DNA from: Octopus vulgaris | Taxonomy: Eukaryota | Direction: 5' to 3' | Assembly (NCBI GenBank): GCA_951406725.2 | Contig: OX597815.1 | Coordinates: 37,200,001-37,264,000 of the forward strand | Length of the DNA stretch: 64,000 bases | Part shown: piece by piece, positions 43,336 through 62,799 of the stretch | How positions within the stretch are numbered: position 1 is the stretch's first letter | Layout: each line of letters begins with the position of its first letter | Notes under the pieces: model-generated | What the model was told of the DNA's origin: nothing | Seen by the model: the letters and a program-made list of their open reading frames with translations, nothing else | Database searches by the model: none | Translations under genes and position numbers: made by a program

Positions 43336-44727
43336 TAGGGTGGAGCGTGGAGCGAAAAGTGCAACTTTCGAAATTACTAACCAAGAATCAATATTTTGTT
43401 GCAAATTAAAGTTATAAGAAAGGTATATAAAGAACTTTGCGGTTATTGTTTTCAGCCTCTACAACGCAATTGAAAAAAAATCGCTAGTTGTGGTCGAATT
43501 TTGGGTTTAATAGATTATAAGTCGTAACAGATACATATTTCTACAAAGCAGAATGCAAAACAGTAAATATAGTATTCTTAAGAGGTTGCATATCAAGTTT
43601 CAATCAATTAGCTAATATCTTGAGATTCCGCATTCACAATAAAGAGAACGGGAATGTGAACCTCTCTCCGGTGCCGCTGCAACGGTCGTTGCGTGTGGGC
43701 GTACGTCGTACGTGTGTGAATTTTTCTGCTTTGTACTTTGACTTTAGGCCATTCTATTAAGATTAATGATCGTGTAAAATTTAGGGATGATTCATAAGCC
43801 AATAACGCGTCATGATATTGAATGCCCAGTATTTGGTACTCCATGTGATCTTAGCGAGCGAGTTTTGCCAACTTAAAAGGACGTACTAAAATGTGTTCTA
43901 TTTGAACGAGAAAAAGAAAAAAATGTAGTTAAGAAAGACCCTTCAATTAAACAAATTTTCAAGATTGTAGTAGAAAAGATAATTCTTCTTTGGCAAAAGG
44001 CATCCATCCCTTGTGTTACGATTGAGTCAGTTAAACCGAAAATCTTAAACTGTTATCTAAAGTACCAAGCATTACTAAAATCTGCGAAAAATAGAAAAAC
44101 TGTGCCATCGTTTCGAACAGAGTGTGATGTGTTTTAAAAGAATGCATCAAAATATTTATTTGACATTTCAGTTGCAAGTGCAATTCCTTTAAAAACTACA
44201 GTTGTATTAGAGACAAAAAAAAAATTACCACAGAGAGAACATTTTTTACAGGATCAACGGACAAATAGAAGAATGATCATTGGTACGGAATAGATTAAAC
44301 AGTATCTAACCAGAACGTTCAGCGGTTGATTAGAAGCCATCGGCCAGATCCCAGTAAAGGATTCTGAATTGATAACGTTTTCATCAAGCAGTGAATCACA
44401 CAATTTCGAAATTTCATGTGCATTGCGAAGCCTAAAGATATAAATATCAGTTTGAGATTTTGCGACACTTATTTTGAAAGCATGACGCAAAAGAAAATTA
44501 ATTCGTAATAATGAATGTAAAAAATAAAATGAGGAACGGCAGACGTGTAATAAATTGATTTTTCGTTCATTATTCAAAATTTCAAGTGGGCTTTAGAGTC
44601 TGAAGATGTAAATTAAAGAACTTCAGATTTTACTACTTTTGTTTTTAGAGAATTTTGCAATAGAAAAAATATTCTTAAAACCATATTTGAAAATCTGTGT
44701 AAAAAGTACCTTTTTCGCTCCACCCTA
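43336..44727 (+). mobile_element. Deleted hATm-like DNA transposon
   Basis: Termini TAGGGTGGAGCG...CGCTCCACCCTA; degenerate 8-bp TSD atgtgtat/ttgcgtat; transposase N-terminal remnants LWQKASIP, LFDI, FLQDQRTNRRMIIG. Confidence 0.75.
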
Positions 44728-45177
44728 TTGCGTATGTCCGTGTATGTGCAGCGTTAATGTGTGCGTGTATGTGTTTCCGCTTACACGTGTGTGTGCGAAT
44801 GTGTGCAGATGTATGCGGACGTGTGCTCCTGAGTCTTTGCCCGTGTATGTGTGTGTGCGTATGGTTGTGCATAGATATGTATGTGGTTGTGTGTTCTTAT
44901 GTTCGAGTGTATGTGTTTAGGCGTGTGGTCTGTGCATACATGCACGTCTGCGCGCAGGCATGGATGTGTATGGTTGTGTATTGGAATTGTTCATAGTGAT
45001 GTGTATTTATTTGTATGGGTTTTCTTGCATCCTGCTGTCATTCAAGTAATAAAGCGGTATTGGACCAGTGCGTATGTTTATTATCATTGGGTTGACGATC
45101 CACCCTCCCAAGACACGTCAAGACTTGTTTCAACACATAAATTCAGATCAAGAAGCTAGCAAACCAAGTACAAAAAC

Positions 45178-45214
<37 letters not shown>

Positions 45215-45221
45215 GCGCGCG

Positions 45222-45254
<33 letters not shown>

Positions 45255-45280
45255 GTATGTGTGCGTGTGTGTACGTATGT

Positions 45281-45330
<50 letters not shown>

Positions 45331-46229
45331 GAACATATCTCTCTGTCCCTCTCTGTATATATATATGCATATATATGTGCGTATGTGTGTATACACACAC
45401 ATACACATATAGATGGATAGATGTACATATGTATATTAAAGTGTGTATGACGTCCGGTCACCTCGTGCCTAGATAATTCATCGCCAGGTTAACACGACGC
45501 CTGCATTCAAGTCCAATAGCCATTATATTATTGAATGGTGCTAAAATATTGAATATTGAAGTGACGTTAAGAAATAAAATAATGCTTCCTCTTTCTCTTG
45601 ATATTGAAATGTAGAAAATAAAGTAAATTGGAATTTAATATCAAAATGAAAACAAAACAGTGAAAATGTGAAGACATCTTTACTTTCATAAAATTTCTTT
45701 CCGTGTTTATATTTATTTTTCATTTTAGCAAGAAAGAAATGGATAGAAAATGACATGTATTGAATATTGACGGTTATATAAATACTAAACTAAAACAGAT
45801 TTATTCAAAATTTTAGAACATAAGAAACTGACAACTGAAAATACTAATTAATAATCGAAAGTAAATTTCAAATTATGATCAACTGCTTTCAAGAAATTAA
45901 TTTTTTCTTCAATACATAATTGTTTCTTAGATTTCTTATGTGCTTTTTGATATATCAGCATTACTTCTTTTGCTTTATTTCTTCTTATAGAAAAATGTTG
46001 GCATTGATAGTAATATTCTTTGCAACAACATTAAATGTTCTTTTTTTTAATATTCATATATGCGCTATACTCATTTTTATCTCTTCTGTATCTCCGGAAT
46101 TAATATGCGTTCTCGCAGCAAAGATACAAGTCCTATTTGCCACTCCACACTCCTGGATTAAGAAATAATAGCCATGTTCCATGTATGCAATTTGACTGAA
46201 ATCAAGACAAACATTACAAGCGGAAACCA

Positions 46230-46570
46230 GAATATCCGAACGAAATAACCTGTAACGTTGTGTCTGTCTGTGTAAATCTAAAGAGAGGTTTAAGGACAGC
46301 GTATGGACAACCATGTGGTCACTTTGCATGGATCCAAAGGACATAGAAACCCTTGCTTCGGGTCAAGTTAGATGGCGAACAAAAGTGTGGAGTGGAGTGA
46401 AAGCTTTTGAGGAGGCCAGGATGACACATGCAAGACTCAAGTGAGATTCAAAGAAGAACGTTGCGATCGAGAGGGTGAGTCTCAGTGACATTTTTCTGTG
46501 CACATGTCTGTGACAAACCATGCCTTTCTTTGATGGGCTCAAATCTCACTTGTGGGCCCATGAAAAACGA
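46230..46570 (+). mobile_element. RTE-type LINE ORF C-terminal fragment
   Basis: ERFKDSV...DIETLASGQVRWRTKVWSGVKAFEEAR...CAHVCDKPCLS resembles the end of an RTE ORF. Confidence 0.65.
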
Positions 46571-46599
46571 ACATCCACCAACTACTCTGCTTATATATA

Positions 46600-46831
46600 T
46601 ATTTCTTTACTACCCACAAGGAGTTAAACACAGAGGAGACAAACAAGGACAGACAAAGGGATTAAGTCGATTACATCGACCCCAGTGCGTAACTGGTACT
46701 TAATTTATCGACCCCGGAAGGATGAAAGGCAAAGTCGACCTCGGCGGAATTTGAACTCGGAACGTAACGGCAGACGAAATACGGCAGCGCATTTCGCCCG
46801 GCGTGCTAACGTTTCTGCCGGCTCGCCGCCT
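46600..46831 (-). mobile_element. SINE (36263 family)
   Basis: Reverse complement of 36263-36477, with 5' end ggcggcgagc. Confidence 0.8.
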
Positions 46832-47941
46832 TCATTACATATACTCTGCTTATATATCTGTGCACACCTTTCAATGCCATGTATGCTATAAAGTCTGCGA
46901 ATCTAACGAGGCCTCAACAGATATTTTAAGATCCACCAAAATCAGAACTTAACTGCAGTCCTTAGTAGTTCAAATCAGATACGCAATCTATGTGCTTGTC
47001 TTTTCAATACATTCTCTGGTTTAAAAAGCCACATCAGACGCCATGATAAATCTAAGGTGTAAGTAAAAGAAGTGGTCAGACTGCATAAGGAGTAGACAAC
47101 CTCTATGTATGTATGTATGTATGTATGTATGTATGTATGTATGTATGTATGTATGTATGCATATATGTATGTATGTATATGTACGTACGTGTAAGTAAAA
47201 GAAGTGGTCAGAATGCATAAGGAGTAGACAACCACTATGTATGTATGTATGTATGTATGTATGTATGTATGTATGTATGTATGCATGCATGCATGCATGT
47301 ATGTATGTATGTATTATGTATGCATGTATGTATGTATATTTGCATGTATGCATGTATGTAGCATGTAGGTAGCGTTGTGGTTTGAGTGTTGAGCTCACGA
47401 TCATAAGAATGTGAGTTCGATCTCGAAACAAGGTGGTGTATTGCGTTCTTGAGCAACGCAGCTCGGTTTACGTTGCTACAGTCTACCCATTTGAATATTT
47501 CTCTCTCTCCCTCCGGCCGATGTATTCTTGATGTTTCACTTAGTAAAGGATGGGAGAGTATCTATGTCTGCTTGCAACTACATCGTCATATAAAACAATT
47601 AGCGGAAGCATGGTACATGCTTCGATATCATACTCGCTTGTGAGTAACGGTTATGGTTATTTATGTATGTATGCTTGTATGTATTTGAGTATGTATGTGT
47701 GTGTGAATGTGTGTATCCATGTATCAATATATTAATATATGCATTCATGTATGCCTCTTTGTATGTGCATGCATCTTTGTGTTTGCATGCGTGTATATTT
47801 TCCGAATTATATTCTTCGACTTTCTCGCCAATGGCGAAATAGGCAGGTTCTAGTCTAGAAATTAGGCTCTTTTCGAATTCAGACAACATAAGCAAGGTTG
47901 TTTTATGTATGGATACATGTACACATATATGTGTGATGTAA

Positions 47942-47992
<51 letters not shown>

Positions 47993-48019
47993 CATAATTG
48001 CATATTTGCATATAGTATG

Positions 48020-48087
<68 letters not shown>

Positions 48088-48088
<1 letters not shown>

Positions 48089-49965
48089 ATTGCAGTGTGG
48101 AAGGTGTTTATAAGCCATTTAAGAAAAACACAAAAACCGTTACATTCACTTCAACATTTAATTTGCCAAAATATTTTCGGTTTTTTTATTACCTATTAAC
48201 AGGCGTTTCTTTCTCATTCTTTTTCACAACACATTCTCGACCGTTTTTCCTCTCTTTTATTCTCATTCTTTTTTCACAGCACATTCTCGAAAAAATTCAC
48301 AAATTCACATTTTTTTTCCTACCAAAATGTTTACTCTAAATTTATTAACTCTCTCTTGAACTTTTCCAGTCTTATAAAGTCCATAACCGGCGGCCTTCCA
48401 TTATAGTACACAGGCCCATCCACTCCTGCCATAAACTCTCTATAATGCCTCCACAGTTCGTTGCTCGCTGACTCACTCACTATCACACACCTTTCCTCCT
48501 CTCCAAACCTCTCCTTAGGCAGTTTCACTCTCACCAAAATTTTTCCACTTTGATATTTTCTTCTCTGATATAAAAACAGAGTGGTTGATAGCAGCCATCA
48601 TAAAGACCACCGAAGATAGGCCAGATCCCACAGAGTTTGGAAAAATAGACATGCTCAAATGGTGGGGAAGCGGAGTTGAGATGTGGCTCTGTGTCACATT
48701 TGAATATATGGAGAGGCTTCCTTACCAAATAGAGATTGAAGGGGAAAATTTCCTGAATGTAATAGTAGAGGTTTGCAGACCCAATTGTTACATTTGCAGT
48801 GAAAGGGGACATATCAAATTGAAGTGCCCGCAATATAAAAATAAACAGAACGAGCCGATACAGATTGAGAAAGAGGTGACAGAGGGAGAAATGGAGACGC
48901 AAGGAAGGATAGAGAGAGAAACAGAAAAAGATAATAAATAAGAACTGTGAGCGAGAGAAGGAAGAGATAGAGAAAGAAACAAAAGCGACAAAAGAGGGGA
49001 GCGATGGAATCGTCAGCCAAAAAAGAAGAAAGAAGGCAAAATCAAGGGAAGTGTTACAGAAAGCGACAGCAGAACCAGAGAAGACGGACATAAAGGATAT
49101 AGAGCTGCCTGAAACACGAGAAGAAGAGAAAAGACCAGAAGGGTCAAAGAACAATGAGTTTAAAAATAAGCATAAAGGGGCCCTGATTTTTTTTTACAAG
49201 AAATGAATAGAGGTAAAGAAAATATCAAAGTGGAAAAATTTTGGTGAGAGTGAAACTGCCTAAAGAGAGGTTCGGAGAGGAGGAAAGGTGTTTGATAGTG
49301 AGTGAGTCAGCGAGCAACAAACTGTTGAGACGTTACAGAGAGTTTATGGCAAGAATATATGGGCCTATGTACTATAATCGAAGGCCGCCGGTTATGGACT
49401 ATACAAGGCTGGAAAATTTCAAGAGAGAGGTAATAAATTTGGAATAAACATTTTGGTGGGAAAAAAATGTGAACTATTTCCGTTAAGAAGAAAATTGTGA
49501 ATTTTTTTCGAGAATGTGTTGTTAAAAAAGAATGAGAAAAAAAGAAGAGAAAAAAAAACGGTCGAGAATGTGTTGTGAAAAAGAATGAGAAAAAAAGAAG
49601 AGAAAAAACTGTCTAAATGTAACCACTCGACGTCAGGAATCGAGTGGGCTTCCACCTCATTGTATCATCTTTTTCATAATTCATTCGTTTGTTTTGGTTT
49701 TACTTCTTCTCAAATGACTATTTCTATTTTTAGTTCTCCGATTTTATGTTGTGTATCATTGTGTATTGTCTGTACGTGTTGCATTTGTCTTAAAGATTTC
49801 GATGTACGCCTGTTAAAAGGTAATAAAAAAAACGAAAATATTTTGGCAAATTAAATTTAAATGTTGAAGTGACTCTAACGGTTTTTGTATGCACCTTCCA
49901 CGCTGCAATTGTTTTCGTTCCAGCACACCATTTCAGATCAGGTCACTTGCTATGCAAGTACATCT

Positions 49966-49968
<3 letters not shown>
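48088..49968 (+). mobile_element. Foldback element carrying a gag/ORF1-like zinc-knuckle remnant
   Basis: 48088-48562 is an inverted, partly deleted copy of 49216-49910, with a tail at 49911-49968 and TA tracts outside. The centre encodes CYICSERGHIKLKC (CX2CX4HX4C) plus a charged region. Confidence 0.8.
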
Positions 49969-50010
<42 letters not shown>

Positions 50011-50990
50011 TTTATATATGCATGTATATATGCCTATATGTTTATGTAGGCATATATACATGCATATACATCTATGTATATACGTATGGATGCTTATAGA
50101 AGAATATATGTATAAAAGTATGTATATATGCATGCATGCTTTAACCCCTTTATGCACGTACACATATGTATATACATATCTGCGTAAGCACACCTGGAGC
50201 AGGAATGAATGTCTTATTACATGCTAAACTTCTAGAATGTTTTACATATTTTAATATAATCGTTTGATAACTTTTAGCTCTTATCTTTTGATTGAGTTTT
50301 CTGGTTTTGTGAACCTAACATCTACGTTGGTATTGAGTCGTAACCTCAAGTTATTATCTAAATGGAGTAATTACAGATTTCTTCTCGTAAACGTTTTCTT
50401 TTTCACTAACATTTAACATTATTATTATCTGGTAGACAACTGTGCATAATTTATTTCGTCTGTCCCGCTATGTATAGGAAAATTAGTATTTTAATGTACT
50501 ATATTAAATTAAGGAATATTCTACATCAAATTTCGTTATGTTCGTCGTAAAATATATTATATACACCTTTATATTGAGATCATCTTTAATTTTTCGTTTT
50601 ATTCTTCTTTCATTTTATTATTCTCAGGAAGGAATTTAGTACAAATTTAAATTAGACGATGTTGTACTATTAGTCCTCACTTAACGTTATTGCTTCTATG
50701 TTTAAAGTAAAATGACAGACAAATCTAATTCAACAATGCGCTCGAAGAAAGAAGTGTGAGTTATGGGCCTACGGTATATTTCAAGTCACATAATCATCGC
50801 TAAACTTCTAAATAAAGCCTCAGTACTCTTCTAATATTGTATCTTGAATACTTGTGTATTATTTACACGTTTAAGAAAATTCGTAAAACCCAAAATCCTA
50901 GTTATCTATTCAAAAAACATCCCCAAGGATTGTCGTCGTGCATTTTCTTCTGTGTGTATATTGTTTGGCAGCATTTGTATTCACCCATTA

Positions 50991-52971
50991 CACTGGTCAA
51001 ACAAAAGGAAAATTTTGAAATGCTGTCGAGACACCAAACATCTATTTTTTTTAGCTAACTTGAAGGCGCTGAATCTGAAAACGACCTTACCTTTTCTTGG
51101 TTAGCTACTATTTTTACTGTACAGAAATGCTTCATTGTTTAAAAAAAAAAAAGCATTTTTGTCATTTGTTTTCTGTATATTTGATATTGATCGATAACAA
51201 TATTTCCCAAAGTAAAATTGTAGAAACCTCTCAATTCGTATTTAAAACTACAAATATTGGTCTACTTATTGAGAAATACTATTGTGCATTGACAATCAGA
51301 CCCTAAGTCTTTAAAAATAACGCAATTGAATATACCAAGACCAACAAGTATTTTCATCAAATCATTAAATAAACTAACAACGGAAATAAAACTTTTGTGA
51401 ACATAAGAACTATGGTAAAAATTTTCTCTTTCTTGATTGTCTGTCATGTTCAATGTTGTTTAAGTCCCTTTTGATACTCCAGCAGTAGTCAGCCATCATT
51501 CGTTTGTTCCACCATCCCTGGTAGCACTCTTACATTGTTTTGATATCCTGATGGAATTGTTCTCCTTGCTTATCACCCACATCGCCGCAATTATCTAGAA
51601 ATTTATCTAGATGGCTATGTAAAAAATGAACCTTAATACTCATATTAGAACTATCAATGAACAACATCCATTCATCAGGATCGCATTTGTGGACGCCAAG
51701 TCGAAGAAGAACGCTCTCAACGCCATTGCAATGAACAAAATCCGTGTTCTCATTAAAGAATGGTACAAATTCAGCATCCCTATTTCGATAGAATGTAACC
51801 TTTGTGCCTTTTGCTATCAGGTGTTTTACATTGAGCCTAGAGGCCAAAATTTCTGCTGATTCTTTGCTTAGATTTAAGTCTCAAATCAAATCATTCAGCT
51901 CATTTTGGTTAAACGGCTTTGGCACGGTTTCGGGAACATAGTCAGGATCGTTTTCGCTGTGTCCCTCATTTACATCAGTATCAAACTCGTCACTTTGTCT
52001 CGCAAACAATGTGAGGGGCCCGTGATTTGTCTGGATCACCAAACTCGACATGAAAGTAAGCACGATAGGCTTTCTTGTAAAAGTCAGATATCAGTTTCCT
52101 GTTGGCTTTCGGTGTGAACTCGCTGCATGTAGAGCAAAATAAGTTGGGATCATTTTTGCATCCTCTCATTGAAGTCATGCCATTTGATATCTATCTCTAT
52201 GATTAAAAAGGGACATAAGTTGGTCGAGCATTTGCATTGCACTTTGTGTGTTCACATTTAGGTCATTTGATCTTTCCTAAAGTTCTACGGAAAGACTTGT
52301 AAAACTGTCAATAACAAAAGACGGAAAGAGTCGTTACGCTGATTCTACTTCGTACCTTCGTTATCTCGCGTGGAGGGCAGACGTTGTGGTGAAACCATTT
52401 TCATGATATCCATCATGTACAATGGAATTCAATTGGGATGTCTTTAGTTGGAGTTTTTTTCCAACTGTGAAAACAACAGCTCTTTATGTGCTTGGTATCC
52501 TTCCGTATTGAAAGGATAAAAGTGATGGGATAAATTTGTGAATATCAAACAGATTTTAGGGTTTCATTTTGTTTAATCTCACCTTAATTATCAGGTTTAC
52601 TAAAGTGTATTATTGATAAAGTTTATCAGTTAATTTGAATTTTCGCAATAAATTGGAAAAATTCGGTTCCTCTATTTTAAACGTTTTGACTCAAAAACAC
52701 TTTTTTCCTATAAGTATAGTTTATTTCGGGTGGCCGACACAAAGTACTCAGCCTACGTGAACATTCATGGGTTTCTGCTACTTCTACTACCATTTTTTAC
52801 CTTTTTAACTATATTTTGCGATCAGCCAAGATCGTACATTGATCTTCTTTCCAAAAATGAGCAATTTCAGTACAGCAAAACGGTAGCTAAGGTCATTTTC
52901 GGAATCTACACCATCAAATTAGCTAAAAAACATGTTCTGTATCTTGGCAGCAAAAATTGTGTTGACCAGTG
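50991..52971 (-). mobile_element. Internally deleted Chapaev3-like (CMC) DNA transposon
   Basis: TIRs CACTGGTCAA/TTGACCAGTG with TTA TSD. Transposase remnants CKNDPNLFCSTC...GDPDKSRAPHIVC, FIDSS, KVHFLHSHLD...QGEQFHQDI, MADYCW. Confidence 0.85.
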
Positions 52972-54130
52972 TTATTATTATCCAGTTTTACTTCTGACCA
53001 TTTCTCTCTATTTAATAAAAATGGATCTATTTTAGTAAAAAGTGGCAACAATCTATCTAAAATGCCTATAACTTTATCTACAAGGCATTAAACAAATCTT
53101 TAGTTATCAAAATTCCTAGTAGTTCCGCATTCTTTGTCTTCTTCAGCAGCACGGGTTTCCCACATCACGCAATGTAACTGAGTAGTTCGAGACCATCTCT
53201 ATTTATTGCATTAAATCCAACCTGTTGTACCAGGCAATAGGTTGAATGTTTTGTATTGCTTCCTCAATATACAGGAAGCTTGCAATGTAGTCTGTGTAGG
53301 TATTTAGCCCGACACGATTCATTGTGGTTGCTCTACATTCTCATCAACACTCTTTCAAAATTTCACTAGCTGTCATAAATTCACAATGTGGTTACAACGC
53401 TCAAAATTACTTTAAAAAAGACTTAATGGTACCAGCTAAAAGCCAAATCATTTACTTTAAGGCACACCGTATAAATTTTGCTTTGAACGTGCCAATAATT
53501 CTTTGCCTCATAGAGTAAATCAAGCTGGTTTTTTTTTGCTGGCGGAAAAGCTATTTGAACAACATTTGTTAGGTCATCCACGTTTGTTGAACTACTTGGA
53601 GAATTGTCTACAAGGAGAAACAGTATTTCAAGACACTTAACCGTACAACGTTATTTGCTGTTTTTGTATCCACTGACAGTGCACATTCCTCCATCATTGC
53701 AACGGGGTTAAATTAAGAAATAAATATTTACAAAGCCAAAATTGAAAAAAACAATTCTTTCTACATTTCAGAGTAAAATCAAACTAAAACTAAATTTGGT
53801 TAGTTTTAAATATCAACCGCTTTGTTTCAATCTATATACTTGCCTCTCTCTACATATCACGATTTATTTATTTGTTTTATATATTTGCGTTAATTTCTTA
53901 TATATTTGCGGCAATTTATTACGACTTTCATTTAATATCATTTTGAAAAAGCTAACAGAAAGCTAACTTGACTGATGAACTATTTTACCCTCAGCACATT
54001 GAAGAAAATTGTTACTTTGAAGTGGATTAAAAAAAAAACATTTTAAAAACTCAGTTTTAGAAGCGCATTAATTGGTGTCTGTTAAAAATGAAATTTCGTT
54101 TTTTACTTAACTATTGTTTATTCTGTATAG

Positions 54131-54622
54131 GCACGTGGCTTAGTGGTTAGGGTGTCAGCATGATGATCGTAAGATTATGATTTCGATTCCAGGACGGGGC
54201 GACGCGTTGTGTTCTTGAGCAAAACACTTCATTTCACGTTGCTCCAGTTCACTCAGCTGGCAAAAATGAGTAACGCTGCGATGGACTGGTGTCCCGTCCA
54301 GCTGGGGAACACATACACCATTGAAACCGGGAAACCATGAGCCTGGCTAGGCTTTAAAAGGGCGCATCTATTTGTGGAGGCGCGTGGCTTAGTGGTTAGA
54401 GTGTCAGCATCATGATCGTAAGATTGTGGTTTCGATTCCTGGACCGGGCGACGCGCTGTGTTCTTGAGCAAAACACTTCATTTCACGTTGCTCCAGTCCA
54501 CTCAGCTGGCAAAAATGAGTAACGCTGCGATGGACTGGCGTCCCGTCCAGCTGGGGAACACATGCGCCATTGAAACCGGAGAACCGATCCCATGAGCCTG
54601 GCTAGGCATTAAAAGGGCGCAT
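54131..54622 (+). mobile_element. Two tandem tRNA-derived SINE copies
   Basis: Two near-identical ~245-bp units: GTGGCTTAGTGG A box, TTTCGATTCC B box, gcgatggactggcgtcccgtccag central motif. Confidence 0.85.
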
Positions 54623-56032
54623 TTATTTTTTTATTGTTATTCTATATTTTTAGTTTTAAATAGCGGTAAATAAAAAAAAAGATGAGACTTTGGATGACGA
54701 TCATGAAATAAAACAAAATGAATTAATAATATGGTTATTCATCACTCTTTATTTTTTTTTTTTTTTCACTCAATTCAAATATGTAAAACCAAACAAAAAT
54801 ATGTTATGAAAGGCATGCCCTTTGTAGGTATTTACTATAAACATCATAGCAAGACAACGTTAAAGGAAACCAAGTTAATCAATTGGACGTTAAGCATTGA
54901 TAATTTATATATCTTAACATATCATGCGTAAATTGTCTATGTTGTAGAAGCTTTCTAATGCGCCCTGCAGTGCATAGTTATGCGTGTACGTATGTATATA
55001 GTTGCGACTGCCTCGAAAAATATACTTAGATGTTTGTGTGTATATATGCATTGATGCATAAGTATAAATGCAATTTTTTTGTATGTATGTGTGTGTGTGT
55101 GTTTGTGCGTGCGTGTTGATTATTATGAAGGAAGTCGGGTACGTATCCAATGAGGAGCATTTAACAAACTGCAAAACATTCCGTTAAAGAAGTTCTTCCA
55201 CTCTCTTTCAGACACATTGGAAGCCTAGAAGATTTGTATATTAACAGTTTTAGAAATTTCTATCGCAGCCCTAAAGCTTTTTTTTATATTTAAATTTAAT
55301 TCGGTTCTTCTGCTTCACGCTGGGTTGTGCATAAAATAATATATTATATAATTAATACAAATATGCAAATTACTCTATCCATTATTATAATAGCTTAAAT
55401 CCTGTTTGCTTTATATAGCAGTTGAATATTCTCTGCTACCGACTGGGAAAGTTAATCTGGTATTTTTCTACTGGGGAGGAGTGAACAAATACGAAACTCA
55501 TTCATACGTTTACATGCTTTTTCACTTCTTTTTAGAAGGAATGCGTTTATATTCTTATAACTTCCTATCACAGATGTAAGACATTGTAATAGATAATTTA
55601 TCAATATATTTGAATCTTTCAGATTTACGCCGTATTGTACATAAGTGTATTCAAATACATATGCATACATGTGTGTCGATACATATATACATATACCTAC
55701 ATGGTGTGTGACTACATGAAGCCCAGTGGTTAGTGTGTTGCGCTCGCGGTTGTAAGGTCGTGATTTCGAATCCCGAACACATCATTTCACGTTGCACTGT
55801 GATCAGTTCGACATCTGACGTGTGGCATACCGAGCACTTGTACAGGCAAGTCGATTTAAGGGAGGGTGTGGGCTAATATATAGCACAAGCATATGTATGG
55901 ATGAATGTGGATATATATCTAATGTGTGTGCGTATTCATAGTGTGTGTATATATTTTTGGATGCATGCAAACCGAGTGTTCGTGCAGCCGTCTATAACTC
56001 CATCGCAGGTATTCAGTTGCATCAACAGTGAG

Positions 56033-56378
56033 GAGGCCGAAGGTTTGTGTTTTCGCGAGCTCAGAGGCCGAAGGTTTGTGTTTTCGAGAGCTCAGAGGCC
56101 GAAGGTTTGTGTTTTCGAGAGCTCAGAGGCCGAAGGTTTGTGTTTTCGCGAGCTCAGAGGCCGAAGGTTTGTGTTTTCGCGAGCTCAGAGGCCGAAGGTT
56201 TGTGTTTTTGCGAGCTCAGAGGCCGAAGGTTTGTGTTTTCGAGAGCTCAGAGGCCGAAGGTTTGTGTTTTCGCGAGCTCAGAGGCCGAAGGTTTGTATTT
56301 TCGCGAGCTCAGAGGCCGAAGGTTTGTGTTTTCGCGAGCTCAGGGGTCGAAGGTTTGTGTTTCCGCGAGCTCAGGGGC
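56033..56378 (+). repeat. 31-bp GC-rich minisatellite, about 11 copies
   Basis: Unit gaggccgaaggtttgtgttttcgcgagctca repeated head-to-tail with no spacers. Confidence 0.95.
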
Positions 56379-56859
56379 TCTTCAATAAATTTGCTAATGC
56401 ATGATGCATATTACCAGGTAATAATCGATTCTGAGTGACGGCTTGCGGCTGTATAATTTATGCATATGTGTGCGAGTGCATGTGTGTTGGGGCATGCGCG
56501 CATGTATATAATTGTATGAGTGCTTATACACGTGGTGTAGATACATATATACGTAAGTATTGATGTTGATGCATATCAGTATCTATTTGTGCGTGTGATT
56601 TTACAATCCGCGTCCCTTCATTATCATAATATATTTTTATAAAGCATACCCGTCTCGTCTTGTCAGAGGCGACGTCCATAAGCAGAATATTTCACATACA
56701 CTCTGTGTTTCATTGTACAACCTCTGTGTTATAGTGATGAAAGGAATCTCATTACTATAATAAATATTTGCTCACTACTCCGGTGTTAAGTAATTTTATT
56801 CTTGTTTGTCTATTCAAACCTACCTCAGACTCGCGCGTGCGTAGACATCTATGTCTGTA

Positions 56860-56890
<31 letters not shown>

Positions 56891-57559
56891 TTAACTATTT
56901 CTATCTGTATCTCTATGTTTTTATGCACATATACACATCTCTAATAATGTATAAATGAATATGTGTATGGATATGTCAGAAAATATATGTGTGTATATAA
57001 ATATGTGTGTTTGTGTGTGAGTGTGTGCATAAAGTTTCTCTATGTATAATTTCGCTTTGGGCCTTAGAGAAGCATCAACTCTTGTATAGTACTTGTATTT
57101 TACTTATCGATTCAGGAAGGACGAAGGGTGAAGTTGATCTTGATGGGATTTCACATCAGAAAGCAGAGAGTTGCTACGGTTACTACTGTAAGCCGATCTA
57201 TCTGACGCTCTATCAACCCTGTCAAATGGCCATCTTTGAACATAGGAATTTACGCTCACATTAATGTATATATTCACACATATATACATTTATTCTGTTA
57301 TTCATACACACATAGACATGCTTGTGCGTGTGTGTAAAAGTGTTGTAGTTTGCTTTAAGCATTGCGGGATATTTAGAAAAAAAAAACAGAAGGTCATTGC
57401 AATGCAAATGGAATATTAAATATAAGAAATAGCATTAACGAATATATTTAAATGTAACATAGAAGTATTCAATTAGTCGTGATATTTCCAGTGAAAATTC
57501 CATTCAAAAAGCTGTAAAACTAGAGAATGTAAGAATGATCTGTAAATTATGTAAGCAAT

Positions 57560-62444
<4,885 letters not shown>

Positions 62445-62799
62445 TTTACTCTTTTGGCATGCTGAATTTTTAATATTTGAATCAATGTGTCTAATTGAAT
62501 TGAATTTCGTAGAAACTTATTTCACTAGATACTGTTGTTTCGCGGTATAAATGCTACAGCAGAGTGACGTGTGGAATGATGTATTAAGCAAAGCGTTGCG
62601 AATCACAGTAATCTTATGCAATTCAATCCAAGCTGGCTGACTTGTATCGTGAACAAATATTGTGAACAAATTCTGTTACTTATGTAGAATCCGTTGAATT
62701 GCGTGCAATGGATTTAATGCGGGATATATTTATGTACATATCTGTATTGCGGATGAAGAAGCTGGCCAGCGTGCAAAGGCTTTGCCGTTGGAAACGGCT

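Noticed and set aside
53100-53720. Possible decayed DDE transposase (LLPGTTGWI on the minus strand)
   Set aside because: Only one short motif, with no termini identified.
56033-56378. CRISPR-like array of ~31-bp repeats
   Set aside because: Units are contiguous with no unique spacers, there are no cas genes and the context is eukaryotic.
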